DNA of 42,815 bases from IMG/VR virus record IMGVR_UViG_3300036856_000065, positions 1-42,815 of that record; one strand, written 5' to 3'. This document shows positions 25,161 to 33,933 of the stretch, piece by piece. The translations under genes were made by a program, and so were the position numbers. The stretch comes from a virus (lineage: Duplodnaviria > Caudoviricetes). Every line of letters starts with the position of its first letter. Position 1 is the first letter of the stretch. The notes under the pieces are model-generated. The model was not told where the DNA came from. It saw only the letters and a program-made list of their open reading frames with translations, and searched no databases.

Positions 25161-26108
25161 ATGAACGCCGCAGCCCTCACCAAATCGCAGCATCGCGTGC
25201 TCGAGCATCTGGCCGCCATCCGCGGCCCCGACGATAAGGCCCGCATCTCGACCCGGGCCCTCGCCGCGGCGCTCGCGCTTTCCCGCCGTACGGTGCAAGC
25301 CGCGATCGACGTGCTGAACCAGGGATTCATCCAGACCTGGGCCGGCTCGCGTACCGAGCCGAGCGAGCACGCCATACGGTGCGCCTTCCGCCTGCAAACA
25401 GTACCGCTAGTCGGTGGCGCAATTTTGCCCGAACCCTGTGCAAAAGGCGCCTGGGGGGGTGGCGCAATTTCGCCCGAATCCGGTGGAAAACCCCGGCCAA
25501 CCGGTGGCGCAATTTTGCCCGAGGGTGGCGCAATTTCACAGCAAAACGCACAGCTGGCGTTGAGTTTTCCACAGCCGCTAAATAAGGAACGCGCGCCCGC
25601 CCGCGCGTCAGACACTTCACTTCACGGAGAAGCTCTCTTAGAAGAATTCGCTGCGCCGGTCGACGTGACGTGTCGTGTCGGGGGGGGTGCTAGGGGGGGC
25701 GCGGCAGCTGCGGAAAAACCGCCGGCGGCCGCGGCGTCGGACGAGATCATCGATTTTGTCGAGATCCTGCTCTCGGACGACTACCGCGAAAGCCCCTGGG
25801 GGCTGCCGAGCGCCGAACGCATTACGCTCGATCCGCTGATTCGCGAACGCTTCGCTTCCCTGCCCCAGCTCGTCGGCCGGTCGCCCAGCGAGATTTGTAC
25901 CTACCTGGCGCTGAACTGCCGGCACAAATTCACCACGCGGCGGGGCCGCTACACGATCACGGCCGGCGGCCTGCTGAGCTGGGCGCTGGAAGACCTTCAG
26001 GCGTCGCCTATAGCCGCGCCGCGGCGGCCGCCTACGTTCGCTGCCAGCCGGTCGGGCGCGCGCGCTGGCCGCGTCCTATACGCCAGCGCCGCAGGCGGAT
26101 CCCGATGA
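25161..26108 (+). CDS. putative replication initiator (N-terminal HTH)
   Basis: ISTRALAAALALSRRTVQAAIDVL...GFI; internal iteron-like repeats. Confidence 0.7.
   Translation: MNAAALTKSQHRVLEHLAAIRGPDDKARISTRALAAALALSRRTVQAAIDVLNQGFIQTWAGSRTEPSEHAIRCAFRLQTVPLVGGAILPEPCAKGAWGGGAISPESGGKPRPTGGAILPEGGAISQQNAQLALSFPQPLNKERAPARASDTSLHGEALLEEFAAPVDVTCRVGGGARGGAAAAEKPPAAAASDEIIDFVEILLSDDYRESPWGLPSAERITLDPLIRERFASLPQLVGRSPSEICTYLALNCRHKFTTRRGRYTITAGGLLSWALEDLQASPIAAPRRPPTFAASRSGARAGRVLYASAAGGSR
25413..25538 (+). repeat. four iteron-like repeats; likely origin of replication
   Basis: ggtggcgcaattt(t/c)gcccga at 25413, 25458 and 25503, partial at 25524. Confidence 0.8.
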
Positions 26109-26158
26109 AGCCCCGGGCCGGGCCGGCGTCTTCGCCCAGGACGGTTGGTACCCGTCTC

Positions 26159-26300
26159 ATTTCTGAAGATATGGCTTGCCGACGAAATGACGATAACCTG
26201 TCGGCATGCAACCTTCCAAGTCCGCATACCGTACCGGAGACGCGCCGCGCGGCACGATCTCCTCACACCATTTCTGCAGCGATGGGGAAACGACGAGATG
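26159..26300 (+). promoter_or_regulatory. two copies of the bipartite motif ATTTCTGCAGAAAT-N8-GACGARATG (26159-26189, 26270-26300)
   Basis: atttctgaagatat-ggcttgcc-gacgaaatg; atttctgcagcgat-ggggaaac-gacgagATG. Confidence 0.75.
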
Positions 26301-26834
26301 AAGAAACCGTCTGCTCCCGAAGTTCTGCACGCCGATCGCACGCTGCCGGCGACCATCAATCCCGACTGGCTGCCGCTCGATGAAACCATGGCGCGGCTCG
26401 GCAAATCGCAGTCGACGATCGAGCGCCTGGTCGGCTCGAGGGCCCTCCGCTCGATGCTCTCGCCGCGGCCGGGCCGCAAACCAGAACGCCTGTATAGCGC
26501 CGAGGACGTCGAGCGCTTGAAAGAGGAAAGCGGGGCCGCGACCAGCCGCACGGTGACGGTCGCCAAAAAGGCGCCCGGCGCGCTTATCTCGGGCGACGGA
26601 AACGTCATGCTGTCATCACTCGTCCCGTTGCTGACGAAATGGCTCAATGGCGGGCAGGGAACTCGCGCCAGCGAGAAATTGTGGCTCTCGCTCGAGGAGG
26701 CGACGGCGTACAGCGGCCTCGCCGAGAGCTTTCTCGAACGGGCGATTCGGGAAGGGAAGCTGCGCGCCGTCAAAGGCGGCCCGCACGGCGCGTGGTCGAT
26801 TCAACGGGCCAGCCTGGAGGCCTTCGAGGGATGA
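26298..26834 (+). CDS. tandem excisionase-type HTH DNA-binding protein
   Basis: WLPLDETMARLGKSQSTIERLV...RLYSAEDVERL and WLSLEEATAYSGLAESFLERAIREGKLRA. Confidence 0.8.
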   Translation: MKKPSAPEVLHADRTLPATINPDWLPLDETMARLGKSQSTIERLVGSRALRSMLSPRPGRKPERLYSAEDVERLKEESGAATSRTVTVAKKAPGALISGDGNVMLSSLVPLLTKWLNGGQGTRASEKLWLSLEEATAYSGLAESFLERAIREGKLRAVKGGPHGAWSIQRASLEAFEG

Positions 26835-26864
26835 GCTTTTCTGCAGAAATGGAGGGATGACGAG

Positions 26865-27137
26865 ATGAAGAAAACGGCCGCGAAAGCGGCGGCGGCGGGG
26901 GCGGGGCAGGGAAGTGAGCCGAGCGCGGAGGACGAGCAGGCGGCCAAGCAAAGCGCACTCGACGCCATCGAAAGCGCCGACGCCAAGATGCTGCTTGAGC
27001 AGGTGTCGAAGGTCCAGGACAGGGCCGCGCAGATCCGGATAGCCAAGCGCTGGCTGAAGAAGCACTGGTGCTCAGGCTGGCAAGCGGCGGGCGGCCCGAG
27101 CGGCGCTCCTCCGGAGCCGGAGCAGGGCACGCCATGA
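26865..27137 (+). CDS. hypothetical protein
   Basis: ggagg RBS inside a bipartite-motif copy (26837-26867). Confidence 0.6.
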   Translation: MKKTAAKAAAAGAGQGSEPSAEDEQAAKQSALDAIESADAKMLLEQVSKVQDRAAQIRIAKRWLKKHWCSGWQAAGGPSGAPPEPEQGTP

Positions 27138-27394
27138 GAACGCCGGCGAAGCGCGACCTGGCGCGTACGGCGTGCGCGCGCCTGGCGGCCGCTATCGGGC
27201 CGCGCCGCGACCACGCGGGGTTCGTCGGCCTGCGTACCCGGCAGACGCGCGAGGGCGTCGTGCTGGCCTGGCACGATAGCTATTCCTATGAGCAGGGCAC
27301 GCTGATCGTGATCCCTCGGACGGAAGATTTTCAGCCGGCCGTCCGGGCGGTGCTCGACGAGCTCGATGGCTGGCGGCGGGAGTGTGGCGTATGA
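27134..27394 (+). CDS. hypothetical protein
   Basis: ATGA-coupled operon. Confidence 0.55.
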   Translation: MRTPAKRDLARTACARLAAAIGPRRDHAGFVGLRTRQTREGVVLAWHDSYSYEQGTLIVIPRTEDFQPAVRAVLDELDGWRRECGV

Positions 27395-27747
27395 TCCTCC
27401 GCGACGCCCGCGCCGAAGCGCTCAGCTGGGTGCGCCAGGCGCTCCTCGAAGAACTGCACGCCGAGCCGGCCGGCCGCGCCGAGGCGCTCGTCGCGATCGC
27501 CATCGACTACGAGGTGACGATCGAGGAGCTGGTGCAGTGGATCCACTTTCGCGCGCCCGGGAAGCTGTGGTCGACGCGCGAGTTCATTCGCTGGGCGAAC
27601 GGCGTCCGGACGTTACGACAGGATCTCGAGCGCCTGCGCGAGCAGGAAGCTGCCGAACAGTGGAAGATCTGCCCGCATTGCTGGGCGCATATCGCGCAGC
27701 GGGTGAAGACGCACTGGCTCTGTGCAGGATGTGGAGAGGTGGAGTGA
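27391..27747 (+). CDS. hypothetical protein with C-terminal Zn ribbon
   Basis: CPHC...WLCAGCG; ATGA coupling. Confidence 0.65.
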   Translation: MILRDARAEALSWVRQALLEELHAEPAGRAEALVAIAIDYEVTIEELVQWIHFRAPGKLWSTREFIRWANGVRTLRQDLERLREQEAAEQWKICPHCWAHIAQRVKTHWLCAGCGEVE

Positions 27748-27966
27748 ATGACGAACGAAGAGAAGGACGACCGCATTGCGGAGCTCGCGGCGCGCGAGAA
27801 GAAACTCCGGGACGCGCTGGCCAATGCGGCTATTGCGATCGTTTGTGAGAATTCGACCGAAGCGTATCATCGCATCTTCATTGCGCTCGAGGCGGTGTAC
27901 GGATTCGAGGGGCGGGAGCGCCTGATGCAGGAGGCGCTCGCAAATGCCCCGGAGGCAACGCAGTGA
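27748..27966 (+). CDS. hypothetical protein
   Basis: ggag RBS, operon context. Confidence 0.6.
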   Translation: MTNEEKDDRIAELAAREKKLRDALANAAIAIVCENSTEAYHRIFIALEAVYGFEGRERLMQEALANAPEATQ

Positions 27967-28376
27967 CGTACCGCGAGCTTCGCGTGCGGTTGTTGCGGGA
28001 GTGCTTAGAGGACGCCGAGTCCAAGATGCCCGACGCATTTCAGGAAGCACGCGCCGGCATCATAAGAGAGATGCTTGACGGTGCCCAGAGGGATGTTACC
28101 TGCGAGCGCGAGCCCGGGGCCGCGCCGGAGGCAAAAGCCGTCAACGACGAAACGCCGGCCATTCGTGTTGAGCTCACCAACGAAAGTGTGGCGCATTGCC
28201 TAAAAATCGTCTTCCAGGCGAAGAACTGTCCGGAGCCGCTTGAGATCTACTTGCACACGACACAAGCGATCGAGCTGGCGCATCAGTTGCACATGAAAAT
28301 CTGCGAGGTCCACCATCGGGACAGCCGCTTGCTCATGGCTGTCGCCGCAAAGGCCGCGCCCGAGGCGAAGCCGTGA
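27963..28376 (+). CDS. hypothetical protein
   Basis: ggagg RBS, GTGA coupling. Confidence 0.6.
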   Translation: MTYRELRVRLLRECLEDAESKMPDAFQEARAGIIREMLDGAQRDVTCEREPGAAPEAKAVNDETPAIRVELTNESVAHCLKIVFQAKNCPEPLEIYLHTTQAIELAHQLHMKICEVHHRDSRLLMAVAAKAAPEAKP

Positions 28377-28687
28377 AGCGCCGCGGGTTCTTCGCTTCAC
28401 TGGCCGGGCTGCTCGCCGGCCTGCTGCCGGCGCAGACAACGCCGCCGCCGCCGCCCGCTTACGTGAGGGAATTCGAAGGCACGATGGGCGGCCTGCCGGA
28501 CGGCAAGCGCGTCCTCTTCACCCTGACGTACACGCCGATCACGAACATCAAGCTCGATCTCTTCGTGAACGGCCTCATGCAGCGCGAGGGCCCGACCTAC
28601 GACTACACGTTATCCGGCCGCAGCGTATGGTTCACGCACCCGCCGCCCGTCGGCGTTCTCGTGACGGCGCAGTATTACACGGCGTGA
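28373..28687 (+). CDS. twin-arginine signal protein with a phage-structural-type beta domain
   Basis: MKRRGFFASLAGLLAGLLPAQ, then DG....FTL..TP...LFVNGLMQ....DYTLSG..V.F..PP..G..V.A.Y. Confidence 0.7.
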   Translation: MKRRGFFASLAGLLAGLLPAQTTPPPPPAYVREFEGTMGGLPDGKRVLFTLTYTPITNIKLDLFVNGLMQREGPTYDYTLSGRSVWFTHPPPVGVLVTAQYYTA

Positions 28688-28907
28688 CGAAGCTGGGTTT
28701 GCGCAGGTGAATCCCTGCAGAGATGACGGGAAGACGAAATGGGGGGAAAGGCGCGCCCGGGGCCGGGCGGTCGAGGAATAGGGCGGGAACAGGGCGGGCG
28801 CGCGACGTGGGCCGTTTGTGGCGCACGGCTGGCCGCTTTACGGGCCGTCGGGCGTCGCCGGTCGGCGAAGGGTGGTAGTCTAGATGGATGATTGGCTATC
28901 GGAACCG

Positions 28908-28935
28908 GGTTCCGATAACAGATCTTATGTAAACT
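28908..28935 (+). other. dif: dif-like XerC/XerD recombination site
   Basis: GGTTCCGATAA-cagatc-TTATGTAAACT (11-6-11), matching the GGTGCGCATAA-N6-TTATGTTAAAT architecture; intergenic between convergent genes. Confidence 0.75.
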
Positions 28936-28947
28936 TTCAAAAAGGCC

Positions 28948-29328
28948 TCAGCGCCGGCCGCCCCGCGTGGCGATCGCCTCGCGCAGCATCTCGGTCTGCG
29001 AGTCGATCGAATGGCGCAGCTCGTTCACTTCGTCTTTCGTCGCCATCTTCTCCATCGCCCGGCGGATTTCGTTGTCGCGCCGCACGTAGTCATCCTTGTC
29101 AACCGAGTGATCGAGGTGCTTGGCGACCGACTCCGACGTCTCTCGCACCTGCTCGGTCAAGGCGGCCTGGCGCGCGTACAGCGAAATCATCGCTACGATA
29201 CCGGTGCCCATCAGCGAGACCAGCAAGCCGATGATCATTACGCCGATAGAATTCGCCAGGTTGAAGCGCTCGGGCTGCACCACCGTTCGGGTGTTTCGGA
29301 TCGGGGTGACGGTCGCGCGTTTGGCCAT
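28948..29328 (-). CDS. membrane-anchored coiled-coil protein (holin- or spanin-like)
   Basis: one TM segment (IGVMIIGLLVSLMGTGIVAMISLY), then coiled coil. Confidence 0.65.
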   Translation of the reverse strand: MAKRATVTPIRNTRTVVQPERFNLANSIGVMIIGLLVSLMGTGIVAMISLYARQAALTEQVRETSESVAKHLDHSVDKDDYVRRDNEIRRAMEKMATKDEVNELRHSIDSQTEMLREAIATRGGRR

Positions 29329-29454
29329 GGAGTGCTCTTCTTAAAAGTGCGGGGCTTAGGTGAATGTACTGAAGAAGGAAAACCGGAGCCGTATTCCGTC
29401 AGGAGTAGCTGCATTTCGTCTTTGCCGAAACGGCGTGACAAAATCAGGGGAGTC

Positions 29455-29898
29455 ATGAGCCTGATTAGTTGGTTTGAAGGTTTAGAACACGAGGCGAAGC
29501 CGTTGTTGTCGGCCGCCGCGAAATGGGCCGAGTCGGAAGGCCTCGCGATCGTCAGAGAAGTGGAAGCCGAATTGAAAGGCAAACTGCCCGGCGAGCTGGT
29601 GACGCTGTTCAACGAGTACGTCGCGCCGACGCTCGGCTTCGTGTTGCCGGCCGAAACGACGCTCACCGCCGTCGGCACGGATCTGCTCTCGACGGCGCTC
29701 GCGCGCGTCAAGGCGGCCGAGGTGTCGGGCACGTCGTTACGCGCGTCGGTGATCAACGCCGGCATCGAGCAAGCGATCCTGCTCGCCAAGGGAGCGATCG
29801 GCGACACCGCCACTGCCCCGGTCCCGGCGACCACGGCGGCCCCTGCGCCGGCCGCCACCGCCGCCGCGCCGGCCGCTGCCGAGCCCGTGCATGCCTAG
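29455..29898 (+). CDS. hypothetical helical protein with Ala/Pro tail
   Basis: ggggag RBS; MSLISWFEGLEHEAKP... Confidence 0.65.
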   Translation: MSLISWFEGLEHEAKPLLSAAAKWAESEGLAIVREVEAELKGKLPGELVTLFNEYVAPTLGFVLPAETTLTAVGTDLLSTALARVKAAEVSGTSLRASVINAGIEQAILLAKGAIGDTATAPVPATTAAPAPAATAAAPAAAEPVHA

Positions 29899-31016
29899 AC
29901 GCCAAGCGCGAACCAGGTCAAGTTGGTCGAGGCCGGCGCGCCGGTGTGATCGTTAGCGAAGGCCTTGAACTGCGAGAGCGAGAGGACCGGGCAGCTGGTG
30001 GTATGGAGGCTAGTCGTACCGCCGCTTCCCTGGTCCGTCGACTGCACGAAAAAGACAGAATTCGGGAAGGGGATTTGAAAGTTAATGGCCTGCCCTGCGC
30101 CCGAGATAGCATTGCTGCCCCATTGCGCGAGCAGCCCGCCCGGCAGGTGTATGTAGCCGTTGCTGGAGAGAGACTGGGGATTGAAGTCGCCAAGCGGCGT
30201 ATAGGCAGCGAGCGCTGACGCGAGCACGGACTGCACCCAGTTGGTGTTCGGTACACGGGTCGAGTTGTCGCTGGCTCCTCCCGGCGGCCCGATGGTGATT
30301 GCCCCGCCCGTCAGGTTTACCGCCGAGCCCGTGAAGATTGGACTGTTGACGGGCGCGTAGTTGTTGGCCGCAAAGACGGCGAGCGCGTTCACCGCAGCAG
30401 CGACGAAAGCTGTGTTGGCCGCGTACGTGGTGTTGTCACTCGGAGCGCGCGTCGGGAACGTGGGGGGCGCGCCGAAGGTCGTCCCCGCGCCGGTCTGGTC
30501 GATCGTCACCGCGCCCGTCGCGAGATTGATCATCAGCGGCCGGGCGGCCGTAAAGCTGCCGGCGGGGTTGCCGCTCGGCGTCATCAGGATGTAGAAGGTG
30601 GATCCATCCTGGCGGAAAAGCACGCCGATACCGCTGTACTCCATGCGGATCTGCGCAACAGCCCCGGCGTCGATGCCGGTCGTCGTGAGCGCGTTGGTCG
30701 ACGGCGTCCCGGTAAAGGTCGGCCCAGCGAGCGGCGCGTACGGCGTCATATCGGCCTGCGTCATTACGTTCGCGAGCACCGCCGCCAGGTTGCTCAAATT
30801 CGCGTCGCTGAGCGAATAGCCCTTGTTCGCGAGCGCCTGGGCGAAGGCCGCGGCGAACGTCGAGACCTGATAGAAGAGCTTATTGGCGGTCGCGCTCGGA
30901 AAGATCGACGGATCGGCCGCGCCGCCGGTGCGCATCGCATCGGAGGTGTACTGCGAATCGGTCTCCTGATTGGTCGCGTTCGGATTCCACTGCTGAAAGT
31001 TGCTGGTTCCAGACAT
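29895..31016 (-). CDS. tail fibre protein (gp53-like C-terminal domain)
   Basis: YAPLAGPTFTGTP, ANTAFV, SNGYIHLPGGLLAQWG, FQIPFPN, WFALG. Confidence 0.85.
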   Translation of the reverse strand: MSGTSNFQQWNPNATNQETDSQYTSDAMRTGGAADPSIFPSATANKLFYQVSTFAAAFAQALANKGYSLSDANLSNLAAVLANVMTQADMTPYAPLAGPTFTGTPSTNALTTTGIDAGAVAQIRMEYSGIGVLFRQDGSTFYILMTPSGNPAGSFTAARPLMINLATGAVTIDQTGAGTTFGAPPTFPTRAPSDNTTYAANTAFVAAAVNALAVFAANNYAPVNSPIFTGSAVNLTGGAITIGPPGGASDNSTRVPNTNWVQSVLASALAAYTPLGDFNPQSLSSNGYIHLPGGLLAQWGSNAISGAGQAINFQIPFPNSVFFVQSTDQGSGGTTSLHTTSCPVLSLSQFKAFANDHTGAPASTNLTWFALGV

Positions 31017-31022
31017 AAAAAA

Positions 31023-31580
31023 TTAACTCCAGTGGCCGGCATCGAAGCCGGCGATGAAGGCGTTCGAGGTATCGAAGCCAAAGATGGGTGTTTCGGAAAT
31101 CGTGTAGGTGTAGAGCACGCCCTCGGGGCGCGGGACGATGTAACCGTTCGTGATCAGGTCTTGCAGGATCGAGCTGAGCGCGCCCGACACGATGACGGTC
31201 GCCGTCATGTTCTGCGCGTCTTCGATGACGATCCGGCCGCCCGGGAACAAAGTCTGCCAGGCGCTCTGCAGGCCGTCGATGGTGCCGTCCCACTGGTTCT
31301 GCGCGACGCGCGCTAAGAGCAGCGTGCGGTAGGTCGTGTCGTTGAGCACCGGGCTCACGCCGGCCGAGGGCTGGAAGCCCACCGTGCGCGAGACGCCGAC
31401 CAGTTGGCCGGCGATATCGAGCTGCGCGCCGGTCGCGGTCGCGAGATCGAAGGCGGCCGGGAACGTTGCGAGACAGGCGGCCGCATCGGACAGCGGAGCG
31501 AGCGCAGCCGAGAGCCAGGCGAGCAGGTTCGGCGACGACTGGTATTCGGAGGTCAGGAGACCCGGGTAATTGGTGGGCAT
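31023..31580 (-). CDS. baseplate protein, DUF2612
   Basis: FDLATATGAQLDIAGQLVGVSR, L.D..YR.LL.AR...NQWDGT, PRPEGV. Confidence 0.85.
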   Translation of the reverse strand: MPTNYPGLLTSEYQSSPNLLAWLSAALAPLSDAAACLATFPAAFDLATATGAQLDIAGQLVGVSRTVGFQPSAGVSPVLNDTTYRTLLLARVAQNQWDGTIDGLQSAWQTLFPGGRIVIEDAQNMTATVIVSGALSSILQDLITNGYIVPRPEGVLYTYTISETPIFGFDTSNAFIAGFDAGHWS

Positions 31581-31584
31581 GGTC

Positions 31585-32763
31585 TTAGACGAGCGTCAAA
31601 ACGACGTTGGCGGTGACGCCTTGCGCCACCTGGCCGAAGGTCAGGGCAAGATCCGCGGTGCCGGTCGGGCTGGCCGCGGTGCCGAGCGTCAGGGCGCGAA
31701 TCGAGAACATCGGCTGATCCGGATTCGGCCGCACACTGAGCGCTGCGCCGTAGAGCTCCGAGAGCACGACGGACTGCCCGATCTGCAGCGAGTTCAGGTA
31801 ATTGACGATGGCCGTTTGAATGGCCGTCGTCGTGGCGCTCGTGTACCCGGTGAGCCCATGCACGCTGAGCGACACGTAGATCGGCACATAGGTCGGCCGG
31901 TCGAACGAAATCGACATGGTTGTGCCGGTGAAGGCGTCGGTTACGGTGACCGCCGTCGTGCCGTTCGTCAGGCAGCCGATGCCGCGATTGTTGTAGATGG
32001 CCTGCGCGACGGCCGCGTTCGTGCCGCCCTCGACGACGCAGGTGATCGAGTGCGCCGGGTTGCCGAAGCTGTCGGTCGAGCCGGTCGGATTTTCGAGAAT
32101 GTTGTAGCGCGTGACGCCGGTCGTCGCCGCGATCGCCGCTTGCGTTCCGGCGAGCAGGGTGTGCGAGGGCAGGGCGACCGAGATCGCCTGGCGGGCGCGC
32201 AGCTGCGAGTCCGTTTCGACCGGCAGGCCCGCGACGGCGGCGGCGGCGTTGGTCACGCCGGTCCAGCCGGCGGCGGGCGTGGCAATGAGCGAAATCTGAC
32301 CGATCTGCGCGGTCACGTTGCCGGACGTTTCACACGTCGCGGTGGCCATGACGGTGCCGCCAGCGCCCAGGGTGACGAGCGCGGGCAGATCCCAGAGCAG
32401 GCCGTTGACGTCCTTCGCGACGCCATTCGCGATCACGGCATTCGGCGTGCCCGAGAGAGTGAGCACGGCGGTCGAAGAGGAGGCCGCTTTGCGCGCGATG
32501 CCCGACAGCTTCACGATCGAGTCAAGATCGGAGCCGACCGCCGTCACCGGTGACCGGGCGTTATAGGCGAGTTGCACGCCTTGCATGAGATCGGCGATCA
32601 TGCGCGTGACCACCGAAATCCACTGGTAGTCGGCCGAGTCGACGCCCAGATAGACGCTCTGGCCATAAATGGCCTGGTACTGCGTCAGCAGATTGTTCAG
32701 GATGTCTGAGTAGGCCGGGATCGTGAGACCCTGCGAGCCGATGGAAGGAGGCGCGTAAGCCAT
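31585..32763 (-). CDS. baseplate J / gp47-like wedge protein
   Basis: A.G.DLDSIVKL.GI.R, ETDSQLRARQ, PAHSITCVVEGG. Confidence 0.88.
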   Translation of the reverse strand: MAYAPPSIGSQGLTIPAYSDILNNLLTQYQAIYGQSVYLGVDSADYQWISVVTRMIADLMQGVQLAYNARSPVTAVGSDLDSIVKLSGIARKAASSSTAVLTLSGTPNAVIANGVAKDVNGLLWDLPALVTLGAGGTVMATATCETSGNVTAQIGQISLIATPAAGWTGVTNAAAAVAGLPVETDSQLRARQAISVALPSHTLLAGTQAAIAATTGVTRYNILENPTGSTDSFGNPAHSITCVVEGGTNAAVAQAIYNNRGIGCLTNGTTAVTVTDAFTGTTMSISFDRPTYVPIYVSLSVHGLTGYTSATTTAIQTAIVNYLNSLQIGQSVVLSELYGAALSVRPNPDQPMFSIRALTLGTAASPTGTADLALTFGQVAQGVTANVVLTLV

Positions 32764-32773
32764 AAATGTTTTC

Positions 32774-33154
32774 CTAAGCGGGTGTCGGCTGATTGGTGAC
32801 GGTCAGCGTGCCGAATTGCGTCTGAACCTGGCAGGAGAATTGGAAGGCGCGGGTGCCGCCGTTGTAGCTGGTCGCGACATTCGAGACGCTGGTCACATAG
32901 GGCGTGCCGAGAATGCGCTCGGTCAGCAGCAGCGCGATGGTTTCCGGATGCCGGCCGGCGCCTGCCACGCCGAGCATCGACTGGAAGAGCGGCGTGCCGG
33001 CGTTCAGGTTTTCCCACCACTCGCCCTGCAACAGTTTCAGGCGCGTCGAGATTGCTTGCGCGACGGCGTCGATGTCGGAGACGAAGCTATTCTGGCCAGC
33101 GCCTTGCAGCGGGTCGCCGTTCTGGTCGAGCTTGCGATACGTGATGGTTGCCAT
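32774..33154 (-). CDS. baseplate wedge / sheath initiator (gp46-like)
   Basis: YRKLDQNGD, AVAQAI.TRLKL.QGEWW, RILGTPYV. Confidence 0.8.
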   Translation of the reverse strand: MATITYRKLDQNGDPLQGAGQNSFVSDIDAVAQAISTRLKLLQGEWWENLNAGTPLFQSMLGVAGAGRHPETIALLLTERILGTPYVTSVSNVATSYNGGTRAFQFSCQVQTQFGTLTVTNQPTPA

Positions 33155-33155
33155 G

Positions 33156-33186
33156 ATTTCTGCAGAAATGAAGTGCTGACGAAATG
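33156..33186 (+). promoter_or_regulatory. bipartite motif copy next to a tail-gene start
   Basis: atttctgcagaaat-gaagtgct-gacgaaatg. Confidence 0.75.
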
Positions 33187-33187
33187 C

Positions 33188-33898
33188 CTAAACGACCGGG
33201 CCGCTCGAGCTCCCGCCCGACGCGACGCCCGAATGCGTGTGGTTCAAAAAGTTCCGACCGTCGATCGAGCAGTGGCCGCCCGTGATGTTCACGGCGGTCG
33301 ATCCGGCCACGTTAACGGTCGGGGCCGTGACGCTCGCCTGGCTCGATGCATTGACCTGCACGGTCGGAGCCGTGACGGTGACCTGGCTCGCCGCGACGTC
33401 GACCGTCACGGTGCCGGCGTCGTTGCGCAGCTGCGCGGAGCTGGTCGAATAGTTCGCGAGCACCCGCTTTTGATTCCAGGGACCGAGGATCGCGAAGCCG
33501 TCGGCCAGCGCGTGTCGCCTTTCGACGATTTGGTTCTGCTGGCCGCCGGCCTGCCACCAGGCGTCGATGCAGGAGTCGGCGAAGATGATCAGGCACTCGT
33601 CGCCCGCTTGAATGGGGAAGGTCAGCGTGAAGCCGCCGGCGCGCGGCAAAACGACCGGCACGTCGACCAGCTTCGGCAACGCTTTCGTCGTGAGCACGCC
33701 CGCGATGCGTGCGACTTCCGTGATGGCGGGCGCGGCGACGATGGTTTGCGCCGTCGCATTGAACGAGACGACGGTCGCCGGCAGCGCGACGCGCAGGCCT
33801 CGCCCAAAGGCGGCGAGCGCTTCGGCCCACTGCGAAAGTGGATCGTGCAGGCGCTCGGCGACCGAGGTGCCGTAATTGGCGTTTGAAGAGGGTGGCAT
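33188..33898 (-). CDS. baseplate central spike (Gp138-like)
   Basis: DVPVVLPRAGGFTLTFPIQAGDECL, RRHAL.D, C-terminal NHTHSGV. Confidence 0.88.
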   Translation of the reverse strand: MPPSSNANYGTSVAERLHDPLSQWAEALAAFGRGLRVALPATVVSFNATAQTIVAAPAITEVARIAGVLTTKALPKLVDVPVVLPRAGGFTLTFPIQAGDECLIIFADSCIDAWWQAGGQQNQIVERRHALADGFAILGPWNQKRVLANYSTSSAQLRNDAGTVTVDVAASQVTVTAPTVQVNASSQASVTAPTVNVAGSTAVNITGGHCSIDGRNFLNHTHSGVASGGSSSGPVV

Positions 33899-33927
33899 TT
33901 CTGAAGAAATTCCGTGCTGACGAGATG
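33897..33927 (+). promoter_or_regulatory. bipartite motif copy overlapping the spike start codon
   Basis: atttctgaagaaat-tccgtgct-gacgagatg. Confidence 0.75.
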
Positions 33928-33933
33928 AAGGCG

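Noticed and set aside
28740-28880. G-rich intergenic stretch as a G-quadruplex or small ORF
   Set aside because: Cannot be told apart from high-GC background by eye
29895-31016. Diversity-generating retroelement or invertible tail-fibre cassette
   Set aside because: No reverse transcriptase, template repeat or inverted alternative fibre ends seen; the serine recombinase is far away
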